A DNA stretch of 63,891 bases, counting the filler, from Sphacelaria rigidula (taxonomy: Eukaryota): NCBI GenBank assembly GCA_964200075.2. It is 4 parts of 4 records of this genome, joined end to end, with 100 filler letters (N's around TTAATTAATTAA, not from the genome) between each part and the next. Parts side by side here need not be neighbours in the genome. Positions count along the whole stretch, not along the records: positions 48,004 to 63,891 come from CAXNAA020001557.1; 3 more parts are not named here. One strand, given 5' to 3'. The notes beneath the pieces were generated by a model. The model was not told the origin of the DNA and made no database searches. It saw only the letters and a list, made by a program, of their open reading frames with translations. Both the position numbers and the translations under genes were made by a program. Below, one piece after another: positions 51,521 to 63,891 of the stretch. Position 1 is the first letter of the stretch. Every line of letters starts with the position of its first letter.

Positions 51521-53536
51521 TCAAATAGAGCCATCGAGTTGAGGCTGATTCACGACCGCGCCGAACCCGTCGGTGCTCGCGTCTGCATGTAGTTGAAAAA
51601 GGCGAGAACCGTCTTGTACGGCATCCCAATCTGAGAAACAAAGGACCGGTTTTTCGGCGAGAGTTTTCTGCCAGTCGCGCACGGTAGCTTCCATGTCTTT
51701 GGTGAAGGCAAACGCCGCGCCTTTTTTAAGCAAGTCCGTAATGGGGCGAATCCGTTTGGACAGGTTAGGCAAAAAATTGCGATAGTAGGACAGCCCACCC
51801 AATAATGAGCGGAGCTGAGTAATGTTCGTGGGCATCGGCAATTCAGTCATCGCCCTGACTTTGTTGGTTTCGGGGTGTAGACGCGCCGGTGAAATTGAGT
51901 GTCCCAGAAAATCCAGTTCAGTCGCGCCAAGGCGAGCTTTGAATGGAGACAGTTTCAAATCCTGCTTCCGCAAGCGAGTAAAAAACTCTCGTAAGGTGCG
52001 CTCATGCGCAAGAGGGGAGGCATCGAATGCGATAGCGTCGTCCAAGTACATGATGACGTGTTCGAGATTCTCTGTAACGCGTTGCATTAAGCGTTCAAAA
52101 CAATCTGGTGCAGTGGCGGCACCTTGTGGCACACGGAACCATTCGTAGAGCCCAGAAGACGTACAGAACGCTGCCAGTGGGACTGTATCAGGCTGGATGG
52201 CATTCTGGAAAAATCCAGAAGCGAGGTCAAAGGTACTGAATATTTTTCCTTCGCCTAGAGAGTCGACGACTTCATCTATGCGAGGAATGGGAAGTTTTCC
52301 CACCACAGTGACACGGTTTAGCCCTTGATAATTCACGGTGATGCGTATGTTTCCATCCTTTTGGGGGACTACCACTAGCCGTGAGGCCCAGGGAGAAGAG
52401 AAGTGATAGATTAATTCGGCACCTAAGTACGCATCTAAAAGGGCGTTAACGTTTTTGGTAAGGATGGGGTTCGTCCGATACGGTCGAGAAGAGATTGGAG
52501 AAACGTCAGGTTGAAGGGTGATTTCAAAGGGCAGCGTGTTGCAATGCCCCAGGTCCGTTTTGGATCGAGAAAACCTGTCTTGGTGCTCCAATAAAACATC
52601 GCTCAATTCTTTGATTACAGCGGGTTCCCAACCGGGTCCATGTAGGTCAAAGTTGATGTCACGTAAATGGGGTGAAAGTTGATCCCACATGTGCAAGAAA
52701 CTTGTCCGAAATCCTGGTGATAGGCTTTGCAGCACTTCAGCAGGAGGGTCGGACGTTGGAGATGCAGGGTCCACGGTGTGGATACGTGATGGAGACGAAG
52801 AAGTTATGTCGAAGTAAGGCTCCTCGACGCAATTTACAGAACCGTCGGACGGAAGCGCCGAGTTGGGCGCCAAGGGTTCAGTGGCACATGTCTCAAGTGA
52901 AATGTGCATGAGGGGAGCAGCAGCGATACCCAAAACATCTCCGAGTTCCAAGTTAGCATGACCCGTGAGGGGCAAAAGCTGTTTCCCTGCGGAGACAACG
53001 TGTTCTGTGCCGGCAGGCGCACCAACCCGAGGAAGCATTTCAGCGAGGCAATGTCCCGTAAGGGCAGGCATGCCATTTCGGCGGACGAGGGCAACTTGTA
53101 GCAGTTGAGGATCGTCGGAGAGGGTAACACCAGCAGTACCATCGTATCGGAGGTGGTAAGCAGCTTCGGTAGCTTGTTCATTTTTTTTATGAGCCAAGGC
53201 GCCGTAAAGAGTGCCGAAATGTTCAAGGTTGAGTCCTCCACGGGGCGCAGACTGTGGCGATAATGCTGGTAGCGTGCGGTAGGTGTGTTGATCAAACCGC
53301 ATGTAACTATCTCGGCCCATGAGTAACGCGTGAGCCATGGTGCTGTCGGGGACAACATATGCCCAGACTGCAAGGCTGGCGGAACGAGTTATGTTGTGAA
53401 AGAATTGCACACTGAGACGAAGTGATATTTGTGTGGTCAAAGGTACGGTGGAGTCACCAAACCGCTCCATACTCGAGGTTGGGTAGTAATTTCGCAGGCT
53501 GGTGAAGCAGCTCCAATCTGTTTCATGTGTCCCCAC
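51521..53536 (-). pseudogene. pol: Gypsy copy 3 pol (protease end, spacer domain, RT, start of RNaseH)
   Basis: 671-aa ORF with LLMGRD, VPQGAATAP, YLDD, LHADAS. Confidence 0.9.
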
Positions 53537-54719
53537 ATTGATTCACGAATAAATGTTTGTGGGCTGCGGCTGTCTAACAAAGAGACGCATTTGGCAGTCG
53601 TGGTTGCGTATGGTCCACAATGGAGCGCTACGCGAGTAGTAAAAGTGACAGAATCAACAGACACTTTACCGTCGACAAGATCCGCACCGTGTTCAGCCAA
53701 GGTGAATTGATTGGAATCAGTAGTGCTGACGGCGAAAACGGAGGGCGGGTGATCCGCCGGGGGGTCAACTTTTTCACCAGAAAGTTTGGTGGGTGATGTG
53801 TAGTCCCCAGAGTGAGCACAGCTCGGCTGTTCATTAACGATTTCATATGTGACCGTGTTGGGAAGGCAGGGATCAACGTCCAAAGTAGACCCATCTTGTT
53901 CAGCGTAATCTGCGGAAGAGGTAAAAATATCCGAAATATCTTATTCGGATTCTTCTGGGACACTTGATAAGTTCATCGAGCTCAAAGCCGTCGCATTTTG
54001 GAGAGAGTGAGGTCAAGATTTTCCACTCGAGGGAGGTGTACGTGTTGATGCGCGCGTTCAGTGGAGACATGTTCACGGGGCTTCCTCTCTTGCCGTGGCA
54101 AAGGACGGGGAACTTCCAAAGTGTTTGGGGGAAACCCAACTGCGTCCAGTTGAGTGGATGGGGTCAGCATCGGGGCATGCTCGGGCGAAGCTTGTGGACT
54201 GTCCGCTGGCAAGCTTGGCTGAGGAGTCATAGCCGAAGGTATAGTAGGATGATTTATGTGGGAGCCGTTCAGGGGTAGCTTCGCATGGTGCAATGAACGC
54301 AAACAATAAACTCGTTCGACCTGGGTGGGTGTTATCTGGTCCGAAGCGGTCAAATTCTGACCAGTGACACTTGAACCACTCGAGTGAATTACACTACTGC
54401 CTGTGCGTGCGGTCGCTGAGGGAACCCTTTGCCTCAGAGACGGGCGGTTGGTGTTCCCACACCTCAGACTTACGCTCAGTTCCGGAGGACCAAGTTCAGA
54501 ACCAAGGGTAGGGCTCAGTTGTGAGTCAACGCAACTGTTATGCTGTGTGCGAAGAGATGAAGACGGGGGTCGGTATGAGCGGCCGTCATTAGAACTCCTG
54601 CATAATGCCGGGGAGGTTGAGCGAGAAAGTTTTGTCACTCGTTCCGCGGTTGGTGTTGAAATAGTCTTCATGTGTGCTGCCGGCGGCGCCGACGACGTAA
54701 AAATGACGGCGTCGGCATG

Positions 54720-57700
54720 TCATAGATCGATACGGTCAGTCATGAAGGAACCAGGGTTTCTGGCGTTGGGGTTCGAGTGGTTGTGGTTCGGCCCCGTGCG
54801 CTGGTGTCTATCGGCGGTACTCCGGTGACGGTGAGAAGAACTCTCTCTTCGCCGGGAGCCAGAATTGTCGTGGTTGTCGGGGTGACTGTCGCGATTCGAG
54901 CGAGTGTTGTCGCGGTAGTTGAAAGGGCGGCGAGAATGACGGTTGGGTGTGCGATATTGACGCATGCGTCTCTGCCATCGGCACCATGCTGGCTCATTGT
55001 CCTGCAGCTCAGAGTTCATGAGGGTGGAAGAGTGAATACAAGGGCGAGTACAATCGCGCATACTGTGCCCCTGGGTGTTACAATTGATGCAACTATTTGC
55101 GTAGCGGCTGAAGGCCTCGTGTCTGGCAGCAGACGAGAGGAGGGGGCTCCACAGGTGTGGGTCATCTGTAGTAAACGCAGAGGTAGATACAGTGTAAACA
55201 TCATCCCAAATCTCGGCGGAGTACGGCCATCCGTCAAAACTGGCGCTGAACGGATCTCTCTTGTTCGCAACGCTCATGACGGAGCCGGCCACGGAGGCGG
55301 GCACCCACGAGGAACGAAGCGAAGTGTGAGACCGGTGACGGGGCCCTGAAGTGGTCGAAGAAGGCGCAGAAGCAGACTGGGAGCGAGCTGAAGCATACTT
55401 GTCGCCGCGAATAGCTGGCGTCAAATTATTTTGTTGATGAACAAACGCACTCCACATCGCCTCCCCAAAGGCATAAGGCACTTAGCGGTCGGCTAAAGCA
55501 CCTGGAAACAGCGACGGCATCAGTGTCGGGAACTGCTCGGAAACACTATTCCTCACATATGATTGACACATTGCGCCCGACGGACCAGTCTGGCGATCTA
55601 CTCCCATAGTACTGGAAACGAGAAGTTTGAATTCTCGGAGGTAGTCCGCGAAGGGGACATCTGTTGCGACACCGAAATAACTAAGTCGTTGTATAGCACT
55701 CCCTTGAGTGCTGCGATCGAAGTAGCCGGTCAAGCGACGCTCCAGATCACGGGTTAAATCCGGGTCTGACTTCCCCGAGGCGCGGTCCGCATCCACAGCG
55801 GCCATGAAACCATCAAGGACTTGTGTCAAAGCAGCGGCAGTGTCGGGCGAGCGGCAGTTGATGGCGAGGTGCAGAGCTTTGTGGAGAGGAGTCTGCCAAC
55901 CATCAACCCAGTTGGAATTTTCGAAAAGTTGAGCATCCGTAGAGTCTGCTAGCTGAAGGATGTTTCGAAGAGTGCGGCGTATAGAGGTGATGAGAGCAGA
56001 AGTGAATTGTTCCGAGTCTTCGCTGTCTGCTGCAGGCATGGATTTCACATGCCAAAGTTTTTTCACGTCCATTTGGATGTATTCTCTCTGGATGGCGGCA
56101 GTGCAGGCGGATTCCGCTCGAGCGGCGACTACTGCTGCACTAGCAGCGGCTTGCTCTCGCTCGGCGGCAGCGGCAGCCAGAGTGCAAGCCGAAGTGGAAG
56201 ATACCGGTTTATCCGAGTTGTCGTCCGAAAGGCCTAAACTCTGGCGCAAAATATCTGCTAAACGCGGTGTAGCGCGACTTAGGTTGGCAGAAGCCGACGC
56301 AGGCGAGTTCGTGGCAGACCGAATCCTGGGCTTGGTGGAAGAAGAGCTCGACGAGCCGCTACTCTGGTGTGTCTTGGTCAAACCGGCGGTAGGATGGTTC
56401 ACACGGTGTGGTGGGGTCCTCCCAGAGGAGGAGCTTGATCCTCCGTGGTGGTTGTGAAAATCACCGCGGCGATTGCGCTCAAGGTCGGCAACATCATGTC
56501 TGTGGCGTCGGCGACGAGAAGTCACCGGGGTCCAGCCGTCATCAACGTGGGCTGTGGCGGATTTGGAGGCGGCGCGCGACGCGTCGAAGAGCTCCACGAT
56601 GGACAGTTCGTAAGAGGTGGTTGTTTGTTAGATGTGGCGGACTAATTGGCCTGTGGTGATCGAAAGGGGACCATCGGAAGGACAGACCCCGTCATGGTCC
56701 CAAGTAGGAAGCTATGGCGCTTTGAAGCGGTTGAGTGAGCGCTCGCCAAGCGTCGCGGCAGCTTTGCAAAGGATTCGAGGGGGTGTACTTGTTCGCAATA
56801 GTCTGCACAGAAAGCGTGAACCAAGGGGTGTCATCGCAGTGGACGGAGAAGCGGCGCGGTTCGGCACTGTTGTTGGGGCGGGCGGTCGAAGTAGGGGGGG
56901 GGGGGGTTGGCGTGCGGTGGGAGCGAGGAGCGGCTACGGCGTGAGAGGCGCGTGAGCGCTCCTCCTCCAGTTCGCGGAGAGGACCATGATACTCCTCGGT
57001 GGAAAGTGTAGGCGCCGCTGCATCCGTGTTGCGTTGCCGATGGACGAAATCATTCATCATGGCTGGCGCGTGGTCAGCATACTCACGGATGAGTTGTTCT
57101 TGGGCAGTGCGGCCATGGTCCATGAAAGTATGCGGGAGCAGCCCGAGTGGACAGTGCTCCGGACCCAACTGTGGGTGGTCCTGCTGCGACGAAAGCGCAG
57201 GATTGGACGACGCGGCAGTAGATGCAGAAGGGGTTGAAGCGGGCGCGAGTGCAAAAGGGGCCCCGGAGCCAGTATGGGTACCACTATCGGCGTCAGTGTC
57301 GGCGACGGTGGCGGCAGCGGGAGCTGGGGCCGGGGCAGAAAAAGCTGTGGGTATGGGGGGCGCGGTGGGGGGCGGAGATACGGGGTTGTTCACAAGTATT
57401 TGTACTGTGTGCTGTAAGTCGGCAAGTCGTCGCCGCAAGGAACGGATGACTGCCGCGTCAGAGCGGGAAGAGCTATCGCGTGTGAGTCGAGCACGGCAAC
57501 TGCGATGGCGTGAGTCGTGGAGCGGTTGGTCGCTGGAATGCGCGATCGATGATTCCCTTGCAGAAGGAAGATCTGAAAAACTGTCCCTCATGGCGTCGGC
57601 GTGCACAGTAACATCATTACGTGGGGAGCGCCGACGTGAAGAAACCCTTGAGGCAGTAGAAATACGAGAGGAACGAGAGGTATGTCTCGAATTGTCGTCA

Positions 57701-58738
57701 CGCGCGGTCATCCGTCAAGCGGAGGTGGTTATGTTGTGTCGGGGGGAAGGCGGCCGTGGCGGTGTGGATGAAAGCCGGGATCCGGTGGGGATGGGTGCGG
57801 TTTGGCGGGGCTGGGCACTGGGGGCTGCTTGCATGTCGGCGAAAGCCGAAGGAGAGCGGAGCAAGGCATTGCATAGAACTTGCAGTGCTGTGGCTATACT
57901 TACGCGTGGCACGGGGGCTGGTTCCAGATTTATGCCAGAAGGAGCCGCTGGGGCCGAAGACGGGTGTCCTGAGTTGGGCAAAGCAGAAGTTAAAACATTT
58001 GTCAACAAGTCATGATCAGCCGGGGCATGAAAAGTAGCCGCGGATGTTGACAAAGTGTGTGCCTGCAGGGCAGCGCGGGCAGTAGTGCCAGCAGTTGGGG
58101 GTCCGAACGTGAGTCCACCTGCATGACGGAACGGTCTTGGACTGAAGCTTGGACGACGAGATCCGCGCTGGCAGTAGAGTCAGAGGGTGGGGTAGGGACC
58201 ACGGGTGCCACCAGCGTGGTTGGGGGTTAGGCAGGGACCACGGGTGCCACCAGCGTGGTTGGGGGTTGGGTTGGGGCCACGTATAACACCAGCGCGGTCG
58301 GGGGGGGTGGATTGGGGCCACGGGTAACACCAGCGTGGTTGGGGGGCGGGACACGGGGTGTGTCAAGGTAGGTCCAGTGTCGACCGCTGCGTTCGATCGG
58401 GTGTGTGCTACGACGGGTGCCACCAGCGTCGTAAGGGTTTGGAGCACAGAGCGTGTCTATGAGGAGTGGTCACGGGTGGGATGATGGGGGAGGGTCGGGA
58501 GGGTACGAGGATCCGAGCTATGATCGGAATCGGAGCTGGGAGGGGGCGATGGGAACTGCACGGGTTGGTCCTCAAAACCGATGGATCGAGCAGCGCTCAA
58601 GGCTGGTTTCCGTAAGGCTGAAGAAGAATCAGCATCGGGTCCGGAAAAAGGAGAAGATCCCTTGGTTTGGCTCCGCGTACGGCGGGGCGGCTTAGCTCCC
58701 GTGTTGGGGGCAGAAGCGGTGGTGATACGTTGCGACAT
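54720..58738 (-). pseudogene. gag: Gypsy copy 3 ORF1/gag with a very long low-complexity N-terminal extension
   Basis: Chain of ORFs 58738 to 54720 broken by stops and frameshifts; helical capsid-like region 55482-56100; CCHC knuckle. Confidence 0.75.
58195..58430 (-). repeat. 39-bp coding minisatellite (~PPTTLVAPVVPAQ units) in ORF1
   Basis: ccacgggtgccaccagcgtggttggggg repeated about 5 times with divergence. Confidence 0.85.
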
Positions 58739-59890
58739 AGGTGAAGCGTATACAGCGTCTACAAAGCGATACTTTCAGAGAACCCAGAGCAAAAAGCGAA
58801 AGCCAATACGCGATTTTTTTTAATTTTTTCTCATTTTTTATTTTATTTTACTTTTATTTTATTTTACTTTTATTTTATTTTTATGTTATTTTTATCGGGG
58901 TTCCTTTACAAATCACGAATGTGCGAGAGGGTGTGTAATAGTCACAATACAGGGGCAGAGTACCAAGAAGAGGCGATCACTAATGTCTGATTGAAACGCA
59001 ACTTGAAACCGAGAAGTGGTATAAAAATCGGAAAGGCAGCCTGTGATAGTGCAGCCAAGGTGGGTGCGGAACAGTTACAAATGGTTCAGCGGAACACCCC
59101 GCAAAAGGCGGCGGAGGCAGTGGACAAAGTTGAACTGCCAGGGTCAAAATTGTACATGGTTGATCACGATCGCCGAGTTTCAACACGCACGCTACTGGAA
59201 CAGCGGCAAGAAACAATAACAATTCGTCAGCTACTAAGTGCAGCTGTGCGCCGCCCAAAACAAAAGAGGAAATATGTGTGGGGGGGGGAAAGTGCAGGGG
59301 AATGAACCCACGACAACTTCGTGCAGATGTCGCCTTCGGTCTTATGGTATGCTGCAGTGAAGTGGGCAGATGGGATGAGGAAAGTGGAGCAAAGCGGGGG
59401 TATCTGCCGAAAACAAGGGATATCTACTGAACGGAATAGGGCAGATACGTTTCTGGTACCAAGAAAAAACAACAGAGTACAGGTTCACAGTCGGTGGCCA
59501 ATACAGCAAAATTGCGCGAACAAAGAAGAGGTCGCAGAGGAGACAGTGGGAACGCAGTAGAAGCAGCGCGTCGAGAAGCGCGTGGAAAATCCGATTCAAG
59601 TGAAAGTGTGCTGCAGAAACTCGCTGCACGGAACAAACAGCAGAGACGCTCCGTTGAGGCAACTAGGGGTCCACGTATACGGTACCGTAGGCTACTATAA
59701 AAATGAATCAAGCGAATGAAAAGCAAACGACTCACGTGAACAAAATTGCAAAACAAGCTACAGCAAAATGGGGAAACAGCAAGTAGAGGGCAGAACAGGC
59801 AGTAGATAAGCAAACAACTGCTCTACTCTAGAAAGGGAAAAAAAGCTATCAAGCAAGCAGATACTCCAAGTCGAACGCCAAACATTATAG

Positions 59891-60313
59891 TGTTGAGTGG
59901 GATGCACTCTCTTGTGCAAGCCGGTCACGTCAGAGGTCAGGTACTTTCAAGGTCAACCCTGGAACTGACAAGGGTCAGGTTATGTCCGAAATCGGTTCAC
60001 ACTACAACAGCTTCACGCAGCAAGCTATACCCACTTGATACAAAAGGCTCTTGTCCACTCGTATTCGTTATCGCTCCTTTCAATGCTCTCTCAACTGCTC
60101 TCCGGCTGTAGCAATTGCTTAGCTGTCGCGGGAAGGCTTAAGGACCCATGCCTGTACCTTTTATCAGTCTCACATCCGGCCTAGTCAAGCTTGATTAGAC
60201 CCGCAACTATAGAATCCCATATTTGATCATGAACGTCTCCTAGCTTCATTACGACAAGTACTGATTGGTGCTAGATATAAACGGCATGTTTGAGCGAAAA
60301 CACGGTTACAACA
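59891..60313. mobile_element. Probable solo LTR inserted just inside the gypsy 3 5' LTR boundary
   Basis: TGTTG...CAACA termini; flanks tatag/tgtgg (3/5 match, two transitions). Confidence 0.4.
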
Positions 60314-60825
60314 TGTGGAGAATGTCATGTTAAATCGTCCACTCATTCGTTGCAAACATATCGTGATCGCGTTGAGAATACATAGTATAAAGCAGTATTA
60401 CAGTGAATGAAGAGTTGTGCTCGTCATAACTGAAAACAGCGAAAACAGTCATAGCCAGTTATTGATTAGTACGCAGACAGTAGCTGATATCAAGTAATGA
60501 ATAGCGTACAGTATTACCTGAATGAACAGTTTGATCTAGTGTTGTAAAGTTCCTGGAATTCGAGGAACGCCCTCAAGAAAAAGCAGGATTGCGGAACACC
60601 CGTTCAGCGGAATGGGAAAACAAATAAAAGGGCTGTATGGCCACATGCCAGTAGGAATATTCGTAGAAAGTAATGGGAAATTCTTATTTCATGGAAAGTG
60701 ATCAATTGTGATTGGACAGGATTGTCGGATCCTCCGTCGAAGGCAAGACAGTACCAAGGACCGATGTTTTCGAATATAGCAAGTGAGTGGAACGTTATTC
60801 TGGTCGGATATTTGTACCGAGAATA

Positions 60826-63800
60826 TGTTGAGAGTTTTCTCGAGTGTGTAATGTACCGAATAATGAGCCGGGGGAGGGGGGGAGGGATTTTTCCTTTGCA
60901 CAGCCTGTGGGCACACTCATAGCCTTCGGCATTTCTCCTGCATTCTCTATTTTTTCTCCGTCTTCACCAGTTTCTGCCTTTTATTTTATATGTGCTGTTT
61001 GTTTCGGCCGATAAGCGCCACCTCCAAACCCATTCTTTGTCCTTGCTTCGAGTGTGTTAAACAGCACGCTGTGCTCCTCTAAGGACTTGCTCGAGTCCGT
61101 GCTACATACTACAAACCCTTTTGTCCAAGCGGTTTTGATCCTCGCCTGCAACGCGAGCCCGTGAGGAAGCAAGCGCAACGATACCAGCTACATCAACACG
61201 GGGGCAATTCGGTCAACAGGTCAAGATTCGGCTCTGGCCTACGTTAAAAAAAAACGAAGAAAGCTACGACATCCGCGACGACATGGGAAAATCCGCGACG
61301 GTCATGCAGCTCATCAAGAATTTGCCCCGCTTCGACGGTAAGCATGGGCGTTTCGTGAATAGAAGCACACCACTCGTGCGATAGTCGGTCTTTCGCCGCC
61401 TCGTTTAGTTCCTCTTTCTCAGTACGAACGAGTTTCGAGTGAAAGGGTACCGAGTGATGAACAGCAAATACCGACAGATAGCGTAGAAGGGCTGAGCATG
61501 CCTACTACCGGGGGCACCAGGACATTGAGGTCTGGAGTGTCATATTCGATGCTTCAAACGCCATCTGCAGCATCTACCAGCTAGCAGAGAATTGCCAACA
61601 CTCGGTAAATTGAGGAATGGGAGCAGTTGAGTCAAGGTCTATACTACATCCTCTTCACAATCACTTCTGGTTATACGAATAGTATCGTTTTGCGGTATGA
61701 TCCTATGTTTTGGACGAAAGGCAAACGGATATCTTGCCTGGGCTGCCGTCATCAGCAAGTATGAGAACAGTACAAACAACCCAAGCGAATGTTGATGCTG
61801 CAGCTCCACGTTTCAATGTCTGCCGGCCAAGATCCGGACGTCTTCTTCACAGAAATTCATCACATCACCGACCAATTCACAAGAGTGGGAGAAAAGGTGT
61901 CCGACGACAGAGTTGTCGAGATCATTTTATCATCGTTGCCAAATGAGTACGAGCTTGTGGTTTCCAGTGCGGACAGGGAACCTGCCTTTGGCCTTGAACA
62001 AATTAAGAACACTGTTCGTACAGTATACGCAAGTCGTTGGAATTGCAATGCACTTCAGCACCATTCGCGCACGAGCACAACTGCGCGACAGTCAGCAATG
62101 CTCACCGCTGATAGTAACAAGCGCAGATGCTATGAATGAGGAAAGCCGAACCACGTCAGGCGAGCTGCAAGAAGTACAAGGTACGCCTATGAGCCCAATC
62201 AGGCGGGCAGCACAATTCGGGTGACCAGCGGAGGAAATGGTGTGCTGTGCATAAAACGCACAAGCACCGTGACTCGGAAGATAGAGCCCAGAGAGAACAA
62301 GACCGGAATCAAGATCGACAACTACAGAGCGAAACAACGGTGGTGACTTCAACTACAGGTACAACAGGTGGAGATGGCACGAGTGCTGGATCTTCCATGG
62401 CTACAACTGCAATCGGGACTACTTCAACTGCATCGACCACACCTGAAGTAGCCACGACCCCTGCGGTTGAATTTTCTCCGCTAGCTACGAGAGATCAGGG
62501 TTTTTCCTTCCTCGCTACCAGCAACGCCAAGTTTACTCTGATGGCTGACAGTGGAGCCTCAAAGCACTTTCTGGATAGCAATCTTTTCCCGGTTGTCAAG
62601 AACTTCATACACCATAACCAAGATCTGTGACCTCCGATGCAGATTGAAACAGCTGGAGGAAAATTCCTTTCCGGAATTGCTGCAGGTGTGTTGAACGTGC
62701 ATGTTGCTGACAAAAAAGGTAGCTTTACAGTGAACACGTCTTCCTTCCTGCTGCCATAGTACCAGATCTTGGTCGCCATCTATTTTTGTGTGGAGCGGCG
62801 AAAAACAATGGAACGACTACGGTTATCGGGCATGAATCTTACCTTGACCTAAGAGATTTCACGATTTCTCTGCGACCGGACGCTTCAATTAATCTGCACG
62901 GGTGGCCACTGGGGTGCCTTCAAACTCAAATTTGGACGTTACAGACCTTGTGCAACGTCTGGAACGTCTAAATTTGAGGTTGCAGGCACCCCAGTGGCCA
63001 TCCTTGTGCACTAGCTCAACTTGAAGTTGGTGATGCCGCCAAGTGTCGATATTGATAGTACAAATTCAGCGGCAAATTCGATGTCAGCATCAACAGGCAC
63101 TACTACGTTTACGTGTACTCCTGGTTTCGCTGTCAGTGCAGTAACATCGGCTGGATTTGCAATGCCCATGATTGCAATGCCGACATCTCAACCCGCGATT
63201 TAGTCGCGTGAAAAGGCTGACATTTAGCATCGTCGACTGGGGCATCCAAGTGAGCGAGTTCTCCGGAGCACCAGGAACATCCCCGAAGCTGGGGTACGTT
63301 TCGAAGACGAAATATTCCCCCCCATCAAAGGGATATGTGTTTTGTGGGAGCGAAAGAATTTCCAATCGCATAATTGAATTGAATTGAACCACACATGAAT
63401 AATGATACACGTGAAATGACGAGCACCGAACAGAAACGGAACGGATCAGGGCTTGGAACGTCTAAATCGCTGATACCGAGCATCGAAGCGATTGCCATTT
63501 AACACGCTGGGAGAGTGGTACGCAGACGTAGGAGCAGGCATGCGGAATGGCGGCCTAAACAGCTGGCCATCTTACTGTTCAATTGCAGGCAGTAAGATTG
63601 TTGAAGGTGGTACACCCGAAAATACACCCGAAACACTTACTTTGCGCTGTGAGCATTCGGAGAGGGGTCGCATCGTACAAAATAATTTCTTATTACTGTA
63701 TGTCATACTTGTCAAAGTAAATATAAGTGTGCAGATAAATCACCCTAAAACTGCACACTATCACGTCATGCAGCCATTAGAGTTGGTATACTCTGACGTT

Positions 63801-63891
63801 TTGGGATCCGTTTCACCAACAAACAACAAATTGTGCGAATTGAGGTTTAACTCCGAGATGAGGTTCAAGCCTAAAACAGTGCTTCACCCAC
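60826..63891 (+). mobile_element. Degenerate Ty1/copia LTR retrotransposon (5' LTR 60826-61218, gag, protease, start of integrase); runs off the window
   Basis: LTR TGTTGA...TCAACA; gag GQDPDVFF..ILSSLPNEYELV; PR ADSGASKHF; HRRLGHPSER (~63228); QPLELVYSDVLG (~63770); PR-INT order. Confidence 0.9.
63309..63689. mobile_element. Small insertion interrupting the copia integrase N-terminus
   Basis: Separates HRRLGH..GVRFED from CHTC; short imperfect IR gaaatatt / aataatttc. Confidence 0.45.

Larger units (their letters stand above)
48085..60825 (-). mobile_element. Ty3/gypsy copy 3, close relative of copy 1: partial 5' LTR, long ORF1/gag, PR, RT, RH, INT; 3' end lost at gap
   Basis: gag with CCHC knuckle CINCNTQGHSMRDC (~55050-55095); PR LLDSRSPQTFI; ORF 51521..53536 with YLDD; RH 50577-51600; INT 48085-49239. 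Confidence 0.95.

Overview
Eukaryotic, repeat-rich scaffold (about 50% GC, four N-gaps). It is most likely a brown alga (Phaeophyceae), inferred from the intron style, the RTE-like LINE and an EsV-type ankyrin family; the organism is not proven. Only one apparently intact host gene is visible: the 3' eight exons (359-9212, +) of a protein built from at least 5 tandem SH3b-like repeats, which splice into one open frame. A stop-disrupted ankyrin gene lies at 13791-14940 (-). The rest is transposon debris: two LINE fragments, a tRNA-derived SINE, solo LTRs, many MITEs and foldback elements, three degenerate Ty3/gypsy elements of one lineage and a Ty1/copia, several of them nested. The most interesting signal is the gypsy integrase C-terminus, which carries a chromodomain with a degenerate aromatic cage followed by an aromatic-rich Tudor-like domain. 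The same lineage also appears to lack a tRNA primer-binding site. All calls are by eye, with no database searches.
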